NCBI RefSeq assembly: GCF_009914755.1
Contig: NC_060926.1
Length of the DNA: 64,000 nucleotides
Strand: one strand, 5' to 3'
DNA from: the human T2T-CHM13v2.0 reference genome, Homo sapiens
Shown here in pieces: positions 1 to 14,589 of this stretch. The translations under genes and the position numbers were made by a program. Numbering within the stretch: position 1 is the first letter of the stretch; each line of letters starts with the position of its first letter. The notes below the pieces were generated by a model. That model worked only from the letters and a program-made list of their open reading frames with translations, was not told the origin of the DNA and did not search any database.

Positions 1-122
1 TAGTACATGATACATGTAACATACAAAATATATGTGAATCAACTGTTGATGTTATTGGTAAGGCTTCCAGTCAACAGCAGGCTATTAATAGTTAAGTTTT
101 GGGGGAGTCAAAAGGTCAACTG
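1..122 (+). mobile_element. Tigger2/Tigger2a (MER28-type) DNA transposon, right end
   Basis: aaggcttccagtcaacagcaggctattaatagttaagttttgggggagtcaaaa, ending in TIR ggtcaactg; same sequence as the copies at 45208 and 59184. Confidence 0.8.
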
Positions 123-881
123 AATTTCATTGTATGATTGTAGCACATTACATCTATCATTTTTAACTGTATATTTTTCTTTCGAAATAATTTTTAAGCT
201 TTTTCTTTGAGTATTTTTTAGTGAGTCTTCATTAGAATGTAGGAGTATCTTCCTATTATCTATATTTTACTCCTTTAAATCTGCTTACTTGTTTTAAATA
301 GTCACTTGCTATAAATCTTTTAAATTCGTATGAGATTAAATATTTCCACTTAAGATGCAATGGAACTTACTAAAAAAGTGCTAAAAAGTAACTATACTGA
401 GGCTGTGATCAGTCTCTGAGACCCAGTTCCTATTGCTAACAGTACTTTGGTTTTTGGAGGCTGTCCTCCTACAACTGAGAAAAGTAATCTATTACCAATA
501 TTTAAAGTATTTTCCCTATTGGTGCTTTGTTTAAACTTTCTTAGAGTTTGTAGTAACAAAAGTGACATGTTTTAACAAGTCAAACAACATAGAAACACTT
601 AAGAAAATCTAATAATCTGCCTTCTACTCCTGATGAATCCCACTTGCCACTCCCCAAGATAACCAACTGATGTTAACATTTTCCTGCACAAGTTTCTATC
701 TTTCTCAATGCTCATGTTAATATATATCATAAATATATGTATGTATATACATAGAATTTGGTTTTGAAAATGGGATTATATCACATACCTTGTTCTACAA
801 TGTCTTTTTCATGTAGTAATATATCATGGGCATCTCCAGAGCCCAAATGTACACCTAACATCCTTTTTAATAGTTGCATTA

Positions 882-1198
882 GGCTGGGCGCGGTGGCTCA
901 CGCCTGTAATCCCAGCACTTAGGGACGCTGAGACCAGCGGATCACCTGAGGTCAGGAGTTCGAGACCAGCCTGGCCAACATGGTGAAATCCCGTCTCTAC
1001 TAAAAATACAAAAATTAGCCGGGCCTGGTGGTGCATGTCTATAATCCCAGCTACTCAGGAGGCTGAGGCAAGATAATTGCTTGAACCCAGGAGGCAGAGG
1101 TTGTAGTGAGCCGAGATGGCACCATTGCACTCCAGTCTGGGCAACAAGAGTGAGACTCTGTCTCAAAACAGAATAAAACAAACAAACAAACAAACAAA
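882..1198 (+). mobile_element. AluS (Sq-like), full length
   Basis: ggctgggcgcggtggctcacgcc...gggcaacaagagtgagactc; (AAAC)n tail; TSD aatag(t/c)tgcatta. Confidence 0.95.
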
Positions 1199-2068
1199 AA
1201 TAGCTGCATTATAGTACATGATATTGATGTGCCATAATTTATTCAGCCATTTCTTACATGGACAGTGGGTTGTTTAGAGGTGGACTTTTTTTTTTTTTTT
1301 GGCCCCTGTAGATAATGTCATAATAAAAATCATTAAGCACACAATATTACATATTGGTTTTTATTTTTATAGGATACATAATCCCAAGCAGAATCCTTAA
1401 AGCATGAGTATTCTAGTTTTTAGTAGATGTTTTCAGATTAATTTCACAAAAGACTTCAGCAATTGACATTCTCATCAGCTGTGTCTTAGATTGCTAGTTT
1501 CAGCCCACCCTCAACAACATTAGATCCTGTTGCTCTTAATAGACAATCTGAGGTTAAAAAATTATCTTGCTTTACTTGCATTTCCATGCTACAAATGGAG
1601 CTATTAATATTTTCAAGTGTTTCTTGATAATCTGAATTTTTTCTTCTATGAATTCCCCATACTTTCATTCTTTTTTTGTCTTTTTCTTAAGGCTTAGTAA
1701 GAGGAATTTGTAGTAGGAGGAAATTATACTTGGTCTGTCACATATAATGCAATTATTTTGCTCCAATCTACCATTTGCACTTCAATTTTATACACTACAT
1801 CTTTCCCCACTTAATTAAAAAAAAAGTACGGAATTTTATTGTTTGGGAGTGCATTTCAGACAGAGAATAAATTATGCCGATACCATGTATTCAATTATTC
1901 ATTACTTTGAATTGAAATGCCAATTTTGTTATATATCAAGCTACCATATATCCTTAGATTTGTTCCTGTTCTATTTTATTGCATTGTTCTATTAACATCT
2001 CCACTATGATATATCATGGTAGACTGTTCTATATTGGAGTAAATAAATAATTAATTAAAATTATTATG

Positions 2069-2370
2069 AGCCTCGCACAATGGCTCACGCCTGTAATCCT
2101 GGCACAATTGGAGGCTGAGGCTGGCAAGTCACTTGAGCTCAGGAGTTCGAGACCAGCCTGGGCAGCTTAGAAAAACCTCATCTCTACTAAAAATACAAAA
2201 ATTAGCCAGGCATGGTGGCACACTTCTGGTCGCAGCTACTCAGGAGGCTGAGGTGAGAGGATCACTTGAGCCCAGGAGATGGAGGCTGCAGTGAGCCATG
2301 ATTGTTACACCTTTGCACTCCAGCCTGGGCAACAGAGCCAGAGCCTGCCTCAAAAATAATAAAATAAAAT
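2069..2370 (+). mobile_element. AluJ (Jb-like)
   Basis: Dimeric Alu with J-type aggatcacttgagcccaggag and gaggctgcagtgagccatgat. Confidence 0.92.
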
Positions 2371-3077
2371 TATGTTACTTTGTTGACTATAAACATACTG
2401 TTCTTAAATTCTTTCAGTATTACTTCACAGACACTAAAATATAAAATGTTTTAGGCTAACGTACAGGAATACTATCTTATCATAGTGGGTTTGTCATGAA
2501 TTTTAATAGTTGGGAAAGTAAGATAGTATCTATTCCCTTACTTGTGTTTATGTTCACATGCACATATACACATCTTCCTCAAAAATTACTGGCTTTTCTC
2601 AGATATTAATCCCTTCACATAAAGTTTATATTTGTTTTGTCTATTTTAAAACATTGATATTATAACTGGGGTCACATTAAATTGTTGCATCCATTTCCAC
2701 ACTGGATTAGAAAATCTTTCTCTCTTAGCTCAAATTTCATTTTATATCCCTCAATAAAAATCATAGTTTTCTAAATAAATGGCCTTTGCCCATCTTGGGT
2801 TGTGGTTTTTTTTGTTTGTGTGTTTGCTTTTGGTTTGGCAAATATGAATGGAATTTTTTTTCCATTTCTACTTCTAACATATTACTGCTATTATAAAATA
2901 AGATTATTGTGAGTATTTTTGTACATATATCTTGTGCCTAATTACATTATCAATTTCTCTTATTATTTTTTAAAGAAGTTTATTATCTTCTTAGTTTTTC
3001 TAAATATACAATAATTTAAAAAAGAAAACATAGTAATATAGTCATTTTTGTCTCTACTTTTTCAATATTTATAATGA

Positions 3078-3494
<417 letters not shown>

Positions 3495-4114
3495 TAGTAA
3501 CATCTTGATTATTGATTGTTATGATTGTCACAGGATTTTTATGAGTGGTCTTTAGCATATTAATATATTTCTTTTTATCCCATGCTTTTTGTTGAAAATG
3601 ACTGAATATTGATATAATAATGTGATCTTTTATCATTTACTGTGTTGTTTAATAAACTAATTTGATAGATATCTTAAAGTTGAATGATATTTATGAATAA
3701 GAAACTTTAAACTTTTAGAAATCATAATTTTAATTGCAATAAACATTTTAATATAGCTTTTTAAATATTTAGGATTATTCCTTTTGTATTTATTTAAAAA
3801 ACATTTGTGAGGGACTTTGTAACTTTTTAGAAATCTTACTTAGTTTATAAAATCTTATAGAAGGTAAAATACAGGAGTGACCTTACAGTGTAGCATATAT
3901 AATAAATTATTTGGACAGATTTTGGTTCTCTCTTCTATTTGTGTTCTATATCTAATAGAAAAAAAAATCACATTACACTTTCTACTTGAGAAATGCTTGA
4001 ATTGTACTTAGGCCAATGTCATAAAGATTATTAATTTGTTTCAAAATCTACATTGAAACTTGTAGATTCAGAGATAAAGTGTATTCTGAAGGGGAAATAC
4101 CCTCTCTACCCTCA

Positions 4115-4292
4115 TTTTTCTTTTTTAAATCAGAGACAGGGTCTCTCTTTGTTTCCCAGGCTGGATTGCAGTAGTTATTCACAGATGTGATTGATCATAG
4201 AGTACTGCAGCCTCAAACTTTCAGGCTCAAGCGATTCTCCTGCCTCAGCCTCCCGTGGAGCTGGGATTACAGGAGGAGCCACTGAGCCTGGC
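4115..4292 (-). mobile_element. FAM fossil Alu monomer
   Basis: Monomer carrying the FAM-type segment tgcagtagttattcacag (reverse of ctgtgaatagccactgca). Confidence 0.8.
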
Positions 4293-6199
4293 TGAAATTT
4301 CCCATTTTAATGAAATATATGGTAAAGAGGAATAGATTGTAGTTACCATAATATTATGATATTATGCAAATGAAGTTGAGTGAGAGAATTACTGCTTCTA
4401 TTTGAAAATGAAACAAAACAGAATTATATTTGATGACAGTTTTGAATTTTTACAGTTCATTATAGTTTTCAGGATACTTTGTTAATTAACAGATATTTAA
4501 TACAGTTCAAGAAATTTGCACCTTTATATCTCATTCATCTCTGTTTATATATTATGGATCAAATATAAAGGGAAAGCAGATGCAACATTTTATGTGATAA
4601 TACAGCACCAATGATATAACTAATGGTCCTACCTTCTATTTGTACTTTACTGTTTCTGTTTCTAGTCATGGATTAACCCTGTAATGGTTGAAATATTTTC
4701 AGTAGCAGACTTATTTTTCAATGCTAACAGGAAAAATAAGTCTAGGAAATTATGTTCAAATTATAGCACACAGTCTAAGAGATTATTCGCCTCAAATAAA
4801 AAAATGTGATGATGTCCCTTAGCTTCTCTCCTACAGTTTCTTATACACGGGTCAGATTCAAAGCTTCTGTGTTAAGTAAACCCAGAGAAGCCTACCAGCT
4901 GAGTAAGGCCAGGGAACATAAAAAAAGTGGCAAAAGCATTGGTTAAGAAAGATAAATTTGTAAAAATTGGGCAATATCTGATTTATTTTACTTCTTGAGC
5001 TAGACTGCAAGAATGAGCTTAGGCAGAGATAATGGAGGAGACGGTCATTTGGTGAGGTGTTAGGGCACTAGAAAGAGCTGGATGCTTTATAAATCCTGCT
5101 CCAGCTACTGACGGATGCTTGAAATTCCACTGTTTGAGTTTCTTTCTTTTTTTCTTTTTTGCAGTTTCTTACATTTTTAGGATATAGTACCACTTTGAGA
5201 AGCCAAAGGAAGCAATGGTAGGCATCCCAGGAAAAAACACACAGACATCAACTCAGAATGCTTTTGTATCATTTGGAATAAAGAACACACATTTTTCTAC
5301 TTGTACAGAATATAAAAATAATATTTTATGCTTATGCTTCACTCGCATTTTTTCAGGCAGAAATTCATGCTCGTTCTTGGAAAATACGCAAAATTGTTGC
5401 AAAGATACGCAAAAACATACAAAATTTTCCAAACAAACAAGTAAAACAAAAGGTACATTTTAATCTGCTCAAAAGTTAATCTAACAGCAAAGGTGCTGTT
5501 GTTTAGCTTGAATGAGAGGATGAAACTGTAGCATGCTATCTGATGAAATGCCAATGTCATCTTTGTCAGTGGATTTCATCTCTCTTTTTGACTGATAAGT
5601 GATGAAAAACTGTTGTTCACATAGTTCATAAACGTAATAATGGAATCAGAGCTCCCATAGTACATTTTTTGAGACAAGGGCAGGCCTGAGTCAAGCAACA
5701 TCAGATTTCTTCAAGACTCTGCTTAGGTTAAACCATGTAGCATCAATTCTTTTGTGAGGTCATTATTGGCGGAATCTGCACATTTGATGTCAGCAAGTTA
5801 AGGATCATAAACACAGGTTTAATTTCAAGATCACTGGAGCAGAAATAAGCATCAAAAGGATTCTGCAAGGTTCCAGGTGCCCACAGATTTTTGCCTGCAG
5901 AAAACTGGAAAAAAAAATATTACTCTCTACTTCAGCCTAAAGAAACATTTTTTCCTAGCATTGAAAACTAACAGGAGTGCCTGCTCCCACCTCCTTTTCC
6001 AGAGCAGCAGTTTGGACAGAAGAGCTCATAGTGGCTCTGCAGCTTTCCTAATAGCATGTAAGCCTTTGAATGGAAAAAATTACTTCACTAGTTTCATCAA
6101 AAGTATCCACAAAATAAGTCAAGCCGTAAATAAACTCATCCATGTCCAATTGTCCTAAGTAAATGTTCCTTTACTTTCAACATTCCCTTCCCCTGTCCC

Positions 6200-7410
<1,211 letters not shown>

Positions 7411-7479
7411 TAAAGTAAAATCCAATAAAGTTTAACGCATGACATTTGTTATCCCTAATCAATTCCCCACCCCCACCCT

Positions 7480-10400
7480 CAACCAATCATTGACTTCTTG
7501 AAAAGACTAAGCAAATTGTCTTGTAGGATATTCCACATTCTGGATTTGTCTAGTGGTTTCAGTTAGATCTTGTTTAAATTCTTCTATCCTGAGTATTTTC
7601 CATGAATTTGAACTTAGGTGTTAAGATTTCAAGAGGCATTTAATGTCAGTTTGTCCCACTATTAGTGATATTTAATTTGATCAGTTGGTTATCATGGTGG
7701 CAGCCAGATTTCCCTTTTGCATAGATTCATTTTTTTCTCTTTTCAATTAACAATTAATCTGAGGAGTACTTTAATCAATCTGTTGGGTAGAATAATACTT
7801 TGGTAGCATGCAAACATCCCATTAGCTTTTCTTAAATAATTTTATTGACATATAATTGCCATATAGTAAACTGTACACATTTAAAGTGGACAGTTTAGTA
7901 AGCTTTGAAATATGAATGTATCTGTAAAATCACCAATACAATAAAGATAATGATAAAGATAATCCCCCTAAAATGTTTCCTCTTGCCCTTTCCCCGCTTC
8001 CCATCCCAAGGAAACCACACCTCTGGTTTTTGCCAGTATAAATTAGTTTGCATTTTCTATAATTTTTTATCAATGGAATCCATACAGCATGTATTCTTTT
8101 TTTGGTCTGGCTTCTTTCACTCAGTATAAATATTCTGAGATACATCTGTGTTGCTGTGTATATCAATAGCTTGTTTTTTTTTATTGCTGAATAATTTCCA
8201 TTGTACAAATATACCATTTATGTATCCATTCACATGTTGAAAAAATTATTCTTTCTCAACTCTACTACTTTTGAATCTATGTTGAAAATTAATTGACCTT
8301 GTATGTGTGGGTCCCTTTCTGAATTCTCATGCTGTTGTATTGATCTATTTATCTATCTCATAGCAATATCATAGCCTTGATTACTGCAGCCTTATAAAAA
8401 GTGCTGACGTTAGTGTAAGTCTTCCAACTTTGTTCTTTTTCAAAGTTGTTTTTGCTACTCTAGGTCATTTGCTTTTTTATGTGAATTTTGGAATCAACTT
8501 GTTTTTTTTAATAATAAAACCTGCTGGGATTTTAACTGAGATAACATTAAATCTATATATCAATTGGAGAGAATTTACATTTTAACAATATCGTGTCTCC
8601 TAATCTGTGAACACAACAGAAACTTTAGGTATTCTTTAATTTCTCTCAGCAATATTTTTTAGTTTTCAGTATACAAGTCTTGCACATTTTTGTCATATGT
8701 ATCCCTAAGTATTTAATATTTTTGATGTTATTATAAATGGCATTGCTTTAAGTTTATTGTTTCTAGTATATAAGAAAGTCAGCTGACTTCTTTATAGTGA
8801 ACTGGCATCTGACCACCTTGCTTAACTCACTTATTAGTTCTCATTGCTTTTCTGTAGATTCTTTAGATTCTCTATGCAAATGATCATACTATCTCAGAAT
8901 AATGACAGTTTTATGTCTTTCTTTCTGATCCGAATAGCTTTTATTTCTCTTTCTTGCCTTATTGCACTGGCTACTATTTCCAGTACAATATTGAATAGAA
9001 GCAGTAAAAGCTTGTTCCTGGGTAGGGGAGGCATTCATTCTTTTACCATTAAATATAGTGCCAGCTACAGGTTCAGAGCTGCCCTTTATCAGGTTAAGCA
9101 GTTCCTCCTGGTTTTCTGGTTTTTCTCTTAAAAATACTGATAGATTTTCAAATGCCAAGCCAATTTTGCATTCCTGGGATAAACCCCACTTGGCCATGAT
9201 TTTTATATACTTCTCAGTTCAATTTACCAAACTTTTGTTTAGAATTTTTGGCATATATGCTTATAAAGGTTATTGGTCCATAATTTTCTTTTCTTTTTAA
9301 TAAAAGCTTTATCTGATTCTGTTATCAGAGTAATACTGGCTTCATAGAATGTGTTGGAAAGTATTCCCTCCTACAATTTTGTGGAAGACTGTTTAAAATT
9401 CATGTTATTTCACCAGTGAAGATATCTGGGGCCAGAATTTTCTTCATAGGAAGTTTTTTTGGATTTTTTTAAACTGCAAATTAAATTTTTTCTAATCTTT
9501 TCAGGTGATTCTTTTCCTGATCTCAGGTAGTTTCCTCACACACATGTGCTTATCAATACTGAGCTGAATATTTGAGGGAGATTTCCTTTGTATTTCCAGA
9601 TTTTTTAAAAAATGCCGCTCACTTCCTGTCTGCCCTGTGAACTCTGGGCATCTTGGCTTCCCTGGATTGCCAGCTCAATACTGTCAACCCAGGGATACCA
9701 CTGAGCTCTGCCTGGATTCCCCTTCACTGTACTGCAACCTGAAAACTAACTCCAAGCAATAAGCTGGTACACTCAGAGGGCTACCTCATTTGTTTTCCAC
9801 TTCCCAGAGATTGCTGTCCTTTGTCATCTCATATCCAATGCTGAATGTCATCATTACATATTTTGTCTAGAGTTTTGGTTGTGTCAGGTGGAAGGATATA
9901 TCTTATCCCTGTTACTTCACCTTTAACAAAAACAGAAGTCTCATTAGCTTTTTACCTAAAGTTGCTAATCTCTATTAATTACTGCTGCTTTCATCAATTA
10001 TGTCATTGAGGTTTGGGGATTTTAAAAAATATTTATTTTAAGAAAGTTAGGTAGCATCTATCTGTAAAGAAGAGCTTTTCTCCATTAACTGGAGATGAGT
10101 TTTATTCCTTCTACCGGGGCAAATTTATGTCTAACTCTTTTTCTCTTTTCAGAATAAGGAGTTGTAATCGTTGCCTCCAGTAGTGGTAAATGAATTTCTT
10201 TTTTTCTGTTTTTTGTTCTGTTCTTTTAGTTTTGAGTGTTAGTATGAACCGGGGTTTTTGTTTATTTTATTACAATCACTTTATAGTCATTATTCCTTCA
10301 GATGTTCAAATTGTAGCCAATGGGAGTGTCTTCATTCTGGCTTTTGAGTCATTTCGAAACATCCCATTAGACTTTGAGTATCCTTGCTTTAGGGCAAACA

Positions 10401-10560
10401 GCTCTCTTAGGCTCATCATGTACCTTTTGTGCTCCAGACCTCAAACTGTTCATTCTTCAAGAAGCGCTAGTTCCCTTTAGTAGAAAATATTATTTAGAAA
10501 TCATAGTCTTGGGATTCCTGGAGTTCTTATGGTATTGTCAATGGGGAAAATTATTTTAGA
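7480..10560 (-). mobile_element. L1MC4/5-like 3' region, split by a younger L1
   Basis: cattgacttcttgaaaagac...ttccacattctggatttgtct motif, also seen at ~12905 and ~15405. Confidence 0.55.
7831..9941 (-). mobile_element. Old L1 (L1MD-like): 3' end, ORF2 remnant and 5'-type sequence, ~2.1 kb
   Basis: L1M 3' end at 7835-8240; ORF2 remnants (AKWGLSQECKIG) to ~9450; flanked by repeat cattagctttt at 7820-7830 and 9942-9952. Confidence 0.65.
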
Positions 10561-11690
10561 TGTCACAGCCTGGCAACTACAATAATTATACTTCATCCTA
10601 TTATGCATAATAGCATATCTCATGCCAGAAAACACTTTTCAAAAAAATTTGAAGTGAAATGATACTTTAATAGCATTATTAGACTTTTTTATAATACATT
10701 TTAAAAGATATTTTAAAAAGATTTTTGGAGATAATTTAAAGAACACTTTACAGGCTCTCCATTGACCACCAAGAAGTGCATGGACTTGTTGTGGTTAGAG
10801 CAGTTATTCTCACCTAGCTTCACACTCTCACCTGGGAAACTTAAATACTGATACCAAGGTCCTACCTCAGAAAAAATTATCAGAATTTTTAAAAATATAT
10901 CCCAGAATCATTGTTTTTCATTTTTATTTTGTTTTGCTCACATCTTCTAGTTGATTCTAACGTGTTGCTAGTGTTGAAAACCACTCTGAGTCTTGATAGC
11001 ATTAAAAAATGCAAGCACCATTGTAAATAGTAATACTTGGATATGTGATCATTTCTTTTTCCACCTCATTGATGCTAGGGAGAAGAGAAAGAGCCGGGTC
11101 ACTTGGATGTGTGGACAGTTGCTGAGAAGAGCAGAAGAAAAGAAAAAAGACAGGCAACATACACAAAATGAACCGCTTTTTTGCTTGAATCAAATCCTAT
11201 TGATTAATCCCTTTACATTGTTTACTAAAAATGCAATACAACTTTGTCAGGAAATATTTGTTTGAGTTGTTGGCAGACTGACAGAATTAATGCACTGTTT
11301 GGATAATTCCACCATCGATGTCCCTTATTCATGTCACTGTATTTCAAAGTTGGCCAGCTGCCACTGCTGCTGTTTTGAAATAACTTGGAGCTGAAACTCA
11401 AGACAATGGCCACACTGTCCTTTTATTCTGTTGCACGAAATAATTTTCCAAAATAATCATGTCACTAAGTCTCTCTCTAGATCTAATGGCCTATAATTTG
11501 AAACAAGGGAACTGCTGATATGGTGAGAAATGGTTTTGTCATTTAATTTGTCAAGCTTCCAACTACTCATTTATTCTCTAAGCAAGGTTGCAGCCAAATC
11601 TATATTTCAAAATTCACTTATAATTGATTGAAAATATTGTTTCTTAAGAGCTGCTTGACTAAAGAAGGTGTCCTAGAAGGCCTCGTCCTC
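10560..11690 (-). pseudogene. Ty3/Gypsy pol fossil: reverse transcriptase and connection region
   Basis: VKQLLRNNI 11659-11633; WKLDKLNDKTI 11561-11529; LDL 11486-11478; WK 11450-11445; VWPLS*VSAPSYFK 11415-11374; 17 codons later DIDG (gac atc gat ggt, two substitutions from YIDD) 11322-11311; LYCIFSKQC 11241-11215. Confidence 0.8.
10801..10986. mobile_element. MER5A-like hAT MITE
   Basis: Termini cagttattctca...ttgaaaaccact; internal tcacctgggaaactt and gattctaa. Confidence 0.7.
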
Positions 11691-12051
11691 TGTCTTCGTC
11701 TGTTCAGGCTGCTATAACAAAATACCATAGACTGGTGGTTTATAAGCAACAGAAATCTATTTCTTGCAGCACTGCAGGCTGGAAGTCCAAGGTCAAGGCG
11801 CTGGCTGATTCAGTGTTTGGTAAGAATCCACCTCCTGGTTCATAGTCAGTGCCTTCTCACTGTGTCCTCACTAGGTGGAAGAATAATACTCTGATCTCTT
11901 CAGTTCCATCAAAGGGCACTAATCCCATTTGTGAAAGTTCCACCCTCATGGCCTAATCACCTTCCAGAAACTCCATCTCCTAATACCACCACACTGAGAA
12001 TTAAGTTTTAGCATATGAATTTTGTGGGGACACAACATTTAGTCCATAGCA
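11691..12051 (-). mobile_element. MLT1A0-like MaLR solo LTR
   Basis: tgtcttcgtctgttcaggctgctataacaaaataccatagact...catagca; 5-bp TSD tcctc. Confidence 0.9.
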
Positions 12052-12166
12052 TCCTCCCATTTTTTAATATGTAAAAATTCAAACATGCACAAAGTTTGAA
12101 AAAAATAACACAATGAATACCTGCACAGCCTCACCTAGACTCAACAATGAACAGCATTTTCACATG

Positions 12167-12552
12167 TGTATTAGTCAGCTTGAGCTGCTAGAACAAAGTG
12201 CCAGAAACTTGATGGCTTATACAACAGAAATTTACTTTCTGACAGTTCTGGAGGCTGAAAGTCTGAGATCAAGGTGTTGGCAGGGTTGGTTCTGAAGCTT
12301 CTCTCCTTGGCTTGTAGCTGGCCGTCCTCCCCCTCTGTCTTCACAGTATCCTGTCTCTGCGTGGCTGTCTGTGTTTTCTCTTCTCTTCTTATAAGACATC
12401 AGTCATATTGGAGTAGGGCCCACCCTAACCACCTCATTTTAATTTAATCACCTCTTTAAAGAGCCACTCCAAATATAGTCACATTCTGAGGTACTGGGGG
12501 TTAGTATTTTAACATACAAATTTAGGGGGTGGACACAATTCAACCCATAACA
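12167..12552 (-). mobile_element. MLT1B MaLR solo LTR
   Basis: tgtattagtcagc...cacattctgaggtactgggggtta...acccataaca. Confidence 0.88.
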
Positions 12553-13037
12553 TTATATTTGCTTTATCTCTTTCTTTCTATAATATATAGGCATATTGAT
12601 TTGATAATCCATTAGAAGACATATTATAGACATTATGACATCTCACTCCTAAACATGTCACTTTGCATCATTTAAGAATAAGGATGATCTCCTACATAAC
12701 CTTAATGCCATTATCACATCGAAGAAAATTTAAATTTGTATTAATCCATATTCAGTTGTCCAAATGTTTTTTTATGGCAGTTTTTATTTTCCTGCATAAT
12801 TACCCAATAAAGTTCATACATTGGCTTTGGGTGTTATTTCTTTTTAGTCATTTTAAATTTAGAAGAGTCTCCCCATCCCTATAGCTCATCTTTTTTTTTC
12901 TATGACATTGACTTTTTGAAAACCCCAGATGAGGTATCTATAGAATGTTGCACATTTTGAATTCGCCTAATTATTTCTTTATGATAACATGTAACATTTT
13001 CTTCTCTACACTGTGTTTATATAAACCAGAAGTTAGA

Positions 13038-13438
13038 TGTGGTTAGACTGCAAAACTGACAGTATTTTTCCTATTAAGTGGTGCAGTCTGTTTCTCCCCT
13101 AGACTCTGGGCCTGGCCATATGGCTTGGTTTGGCCAATGGGATAGTAGCAAATGTGGCACAGCAGAGGCTTGCTACATGCTTGTGTGCTGGGTTTGCTCA
13201 TCTTTGCTGCTCTTGGGAGTCCTGTGGCTCTCAAGTCTGCTGCTTAATGAGAAACATGTGGCCAAGTCATCCCCATCTCCTCAAATGACATCAGGAATGA
13301 AGCCATTCTCAACCAGATGGCTCCAACCAGAGAATCATTTATCTGACCCACAGAACAGTATAAAAGAATACATTGTTGCTGTTCTAAGCCACCAAGTTCC
13401 CAGATGATCAGTTTTGCAACAAGAGCAATTGATGCACA
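13038..13438 (+). mobile_element. MLT1G/H-like MaLR LTR
   Basis: ctgggcctggccatatggcttggtttggccaatggga...taagccacca. Confidence 0.7.
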
Positions 13439-13519
13439 TCTAGAGGCTTGATTAAATGTTTCAGCAGGAATACTTCATAGATGATCTGTGTGCTTCTAGC
13501 ACATCAGAAGGCTCATAAT

Positions 13520-13600
13520 GTTAAAAGGAGGTTTACTTTTGAACCTGGGTAAATGTGGATTAAGGGAAACAAACATCAACATAGTCATTCCTCAAGTTAG
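13520..13600 (-). pseudogene. Ty3/Gypsy protease-RT linker remnant
   Basis: DYVDV (cf. EY.DVF), then IHIYPGSK 13560-13537 (cf. H.I.L.PG..P), in the expected order upstream of RT. Confidence 0.5.
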
Positions 13601-13885
13601 CATCTCTCCTGGGTTTTAGTACTATCTGGTCATCTTTTAGCCATCAGGGCTTGTAGGGCACTAATAGGGACAAGTAGCGATGTTCCTCCCTGATGTTCAG
13701 AATGACCTATGCCCAAAGATAGCCGCAGCATTTGTCAAGAGGAGGACATTATTTCACCAGGTTATAGCCACATATAATATTATTCCAAAGTCATGCTGAT
13801 TAATATATTTCTAAGGACTTTGTTCAACCCAGTTTTGGGGGTGTGCCTATTCCTTTTTTATTTGACACAATCAAGCTGATACCTT

Positions 13886-13925
13886 AAGATGACCAAATCA
13901 AAAAAAAAAAAAGATGACCGAATCA
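13886..13925 (+). repeat. Solo poly(A) flanked by a 15-bp target-site duplication
   Basis: tt|aagatgaccaaatca A10 aagatgaccgaatca. Confidence 0.75.
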
Positions 13926-14589
13926 ATAACTATTGCATTCTTGAGCATTTAAAATAAGTAGTTAGCCATTTAATACAAGAATAAAACAAGAGTTTTCTCT
14001 CAGTACCAGCAGAAAGGTGAAGAAATTACGAAATTGTGGCATTGTTTTGATCAGAAGATGAAATCAAATTTTAAAAGCTAAAGAAATGCAAGAGAAGAAG
14101 AAAAAAAGCATTTGTGTTGATCATCTACAATGCCCAGGCCCTCGTGGGAAATCTTCCCATTTGCTATGGCAGGAAGGCAACACTACTCAAATAATCCAAC
14201 ATTTGAGGTTCTTATCAAACTCCAACTATTTATTTGTCATTGAACAGAACCCACTCTGGAATAAAAAAAAAATGGAAACAAATAGCTGAACCCAAATCTA
14301 TTTATTTAAAACAAGCATATGTAATAACAATAAAAAGAGACTAGAAGGAAACATAATTATTCTTTCAGGTGATCTTTTTTGTTTGTCCTCAACTTATCTA
14401 CAGGTAATTTCATGTGATTTTTGTGTTCTCTTTGCTCTTTGTTGTGTTTTTTTTAGTTTTTAAAATACTGAGTATATGCTACTTTTATAATTAGGAACAA
14501 AATTGTAAATGAAGTTAATAAGACATTTAGAAGTTGAAAAAAGAAAGTATGGTATCCTTATAAACTTCTTCTCTGTAATATTTTAAAAT

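Larger units (their letters stand above)
12060..13520 (-). mobile_element. L1MC-like 3' region hosting two MLT1 LTRs
   Basis: gacattgactttttgaaaac...cacattttgaatt and gcacatcagaaggctcataatg motifs. Confidence 0.55.

Noticed and set aside
5400-5860. Weak integrase C-terminal-like words (CADSANN, FAVRL) on the minus strand
   Set aside because: Too degenerate, and in conflict with the PPT-like tract at 6183-6205; not claimed.
13770-13800. DFGIIL...W as the protease C-terminal motif
   Set aside because: A better match with correct spacing lies at 15542-15507; this one is probably chance.
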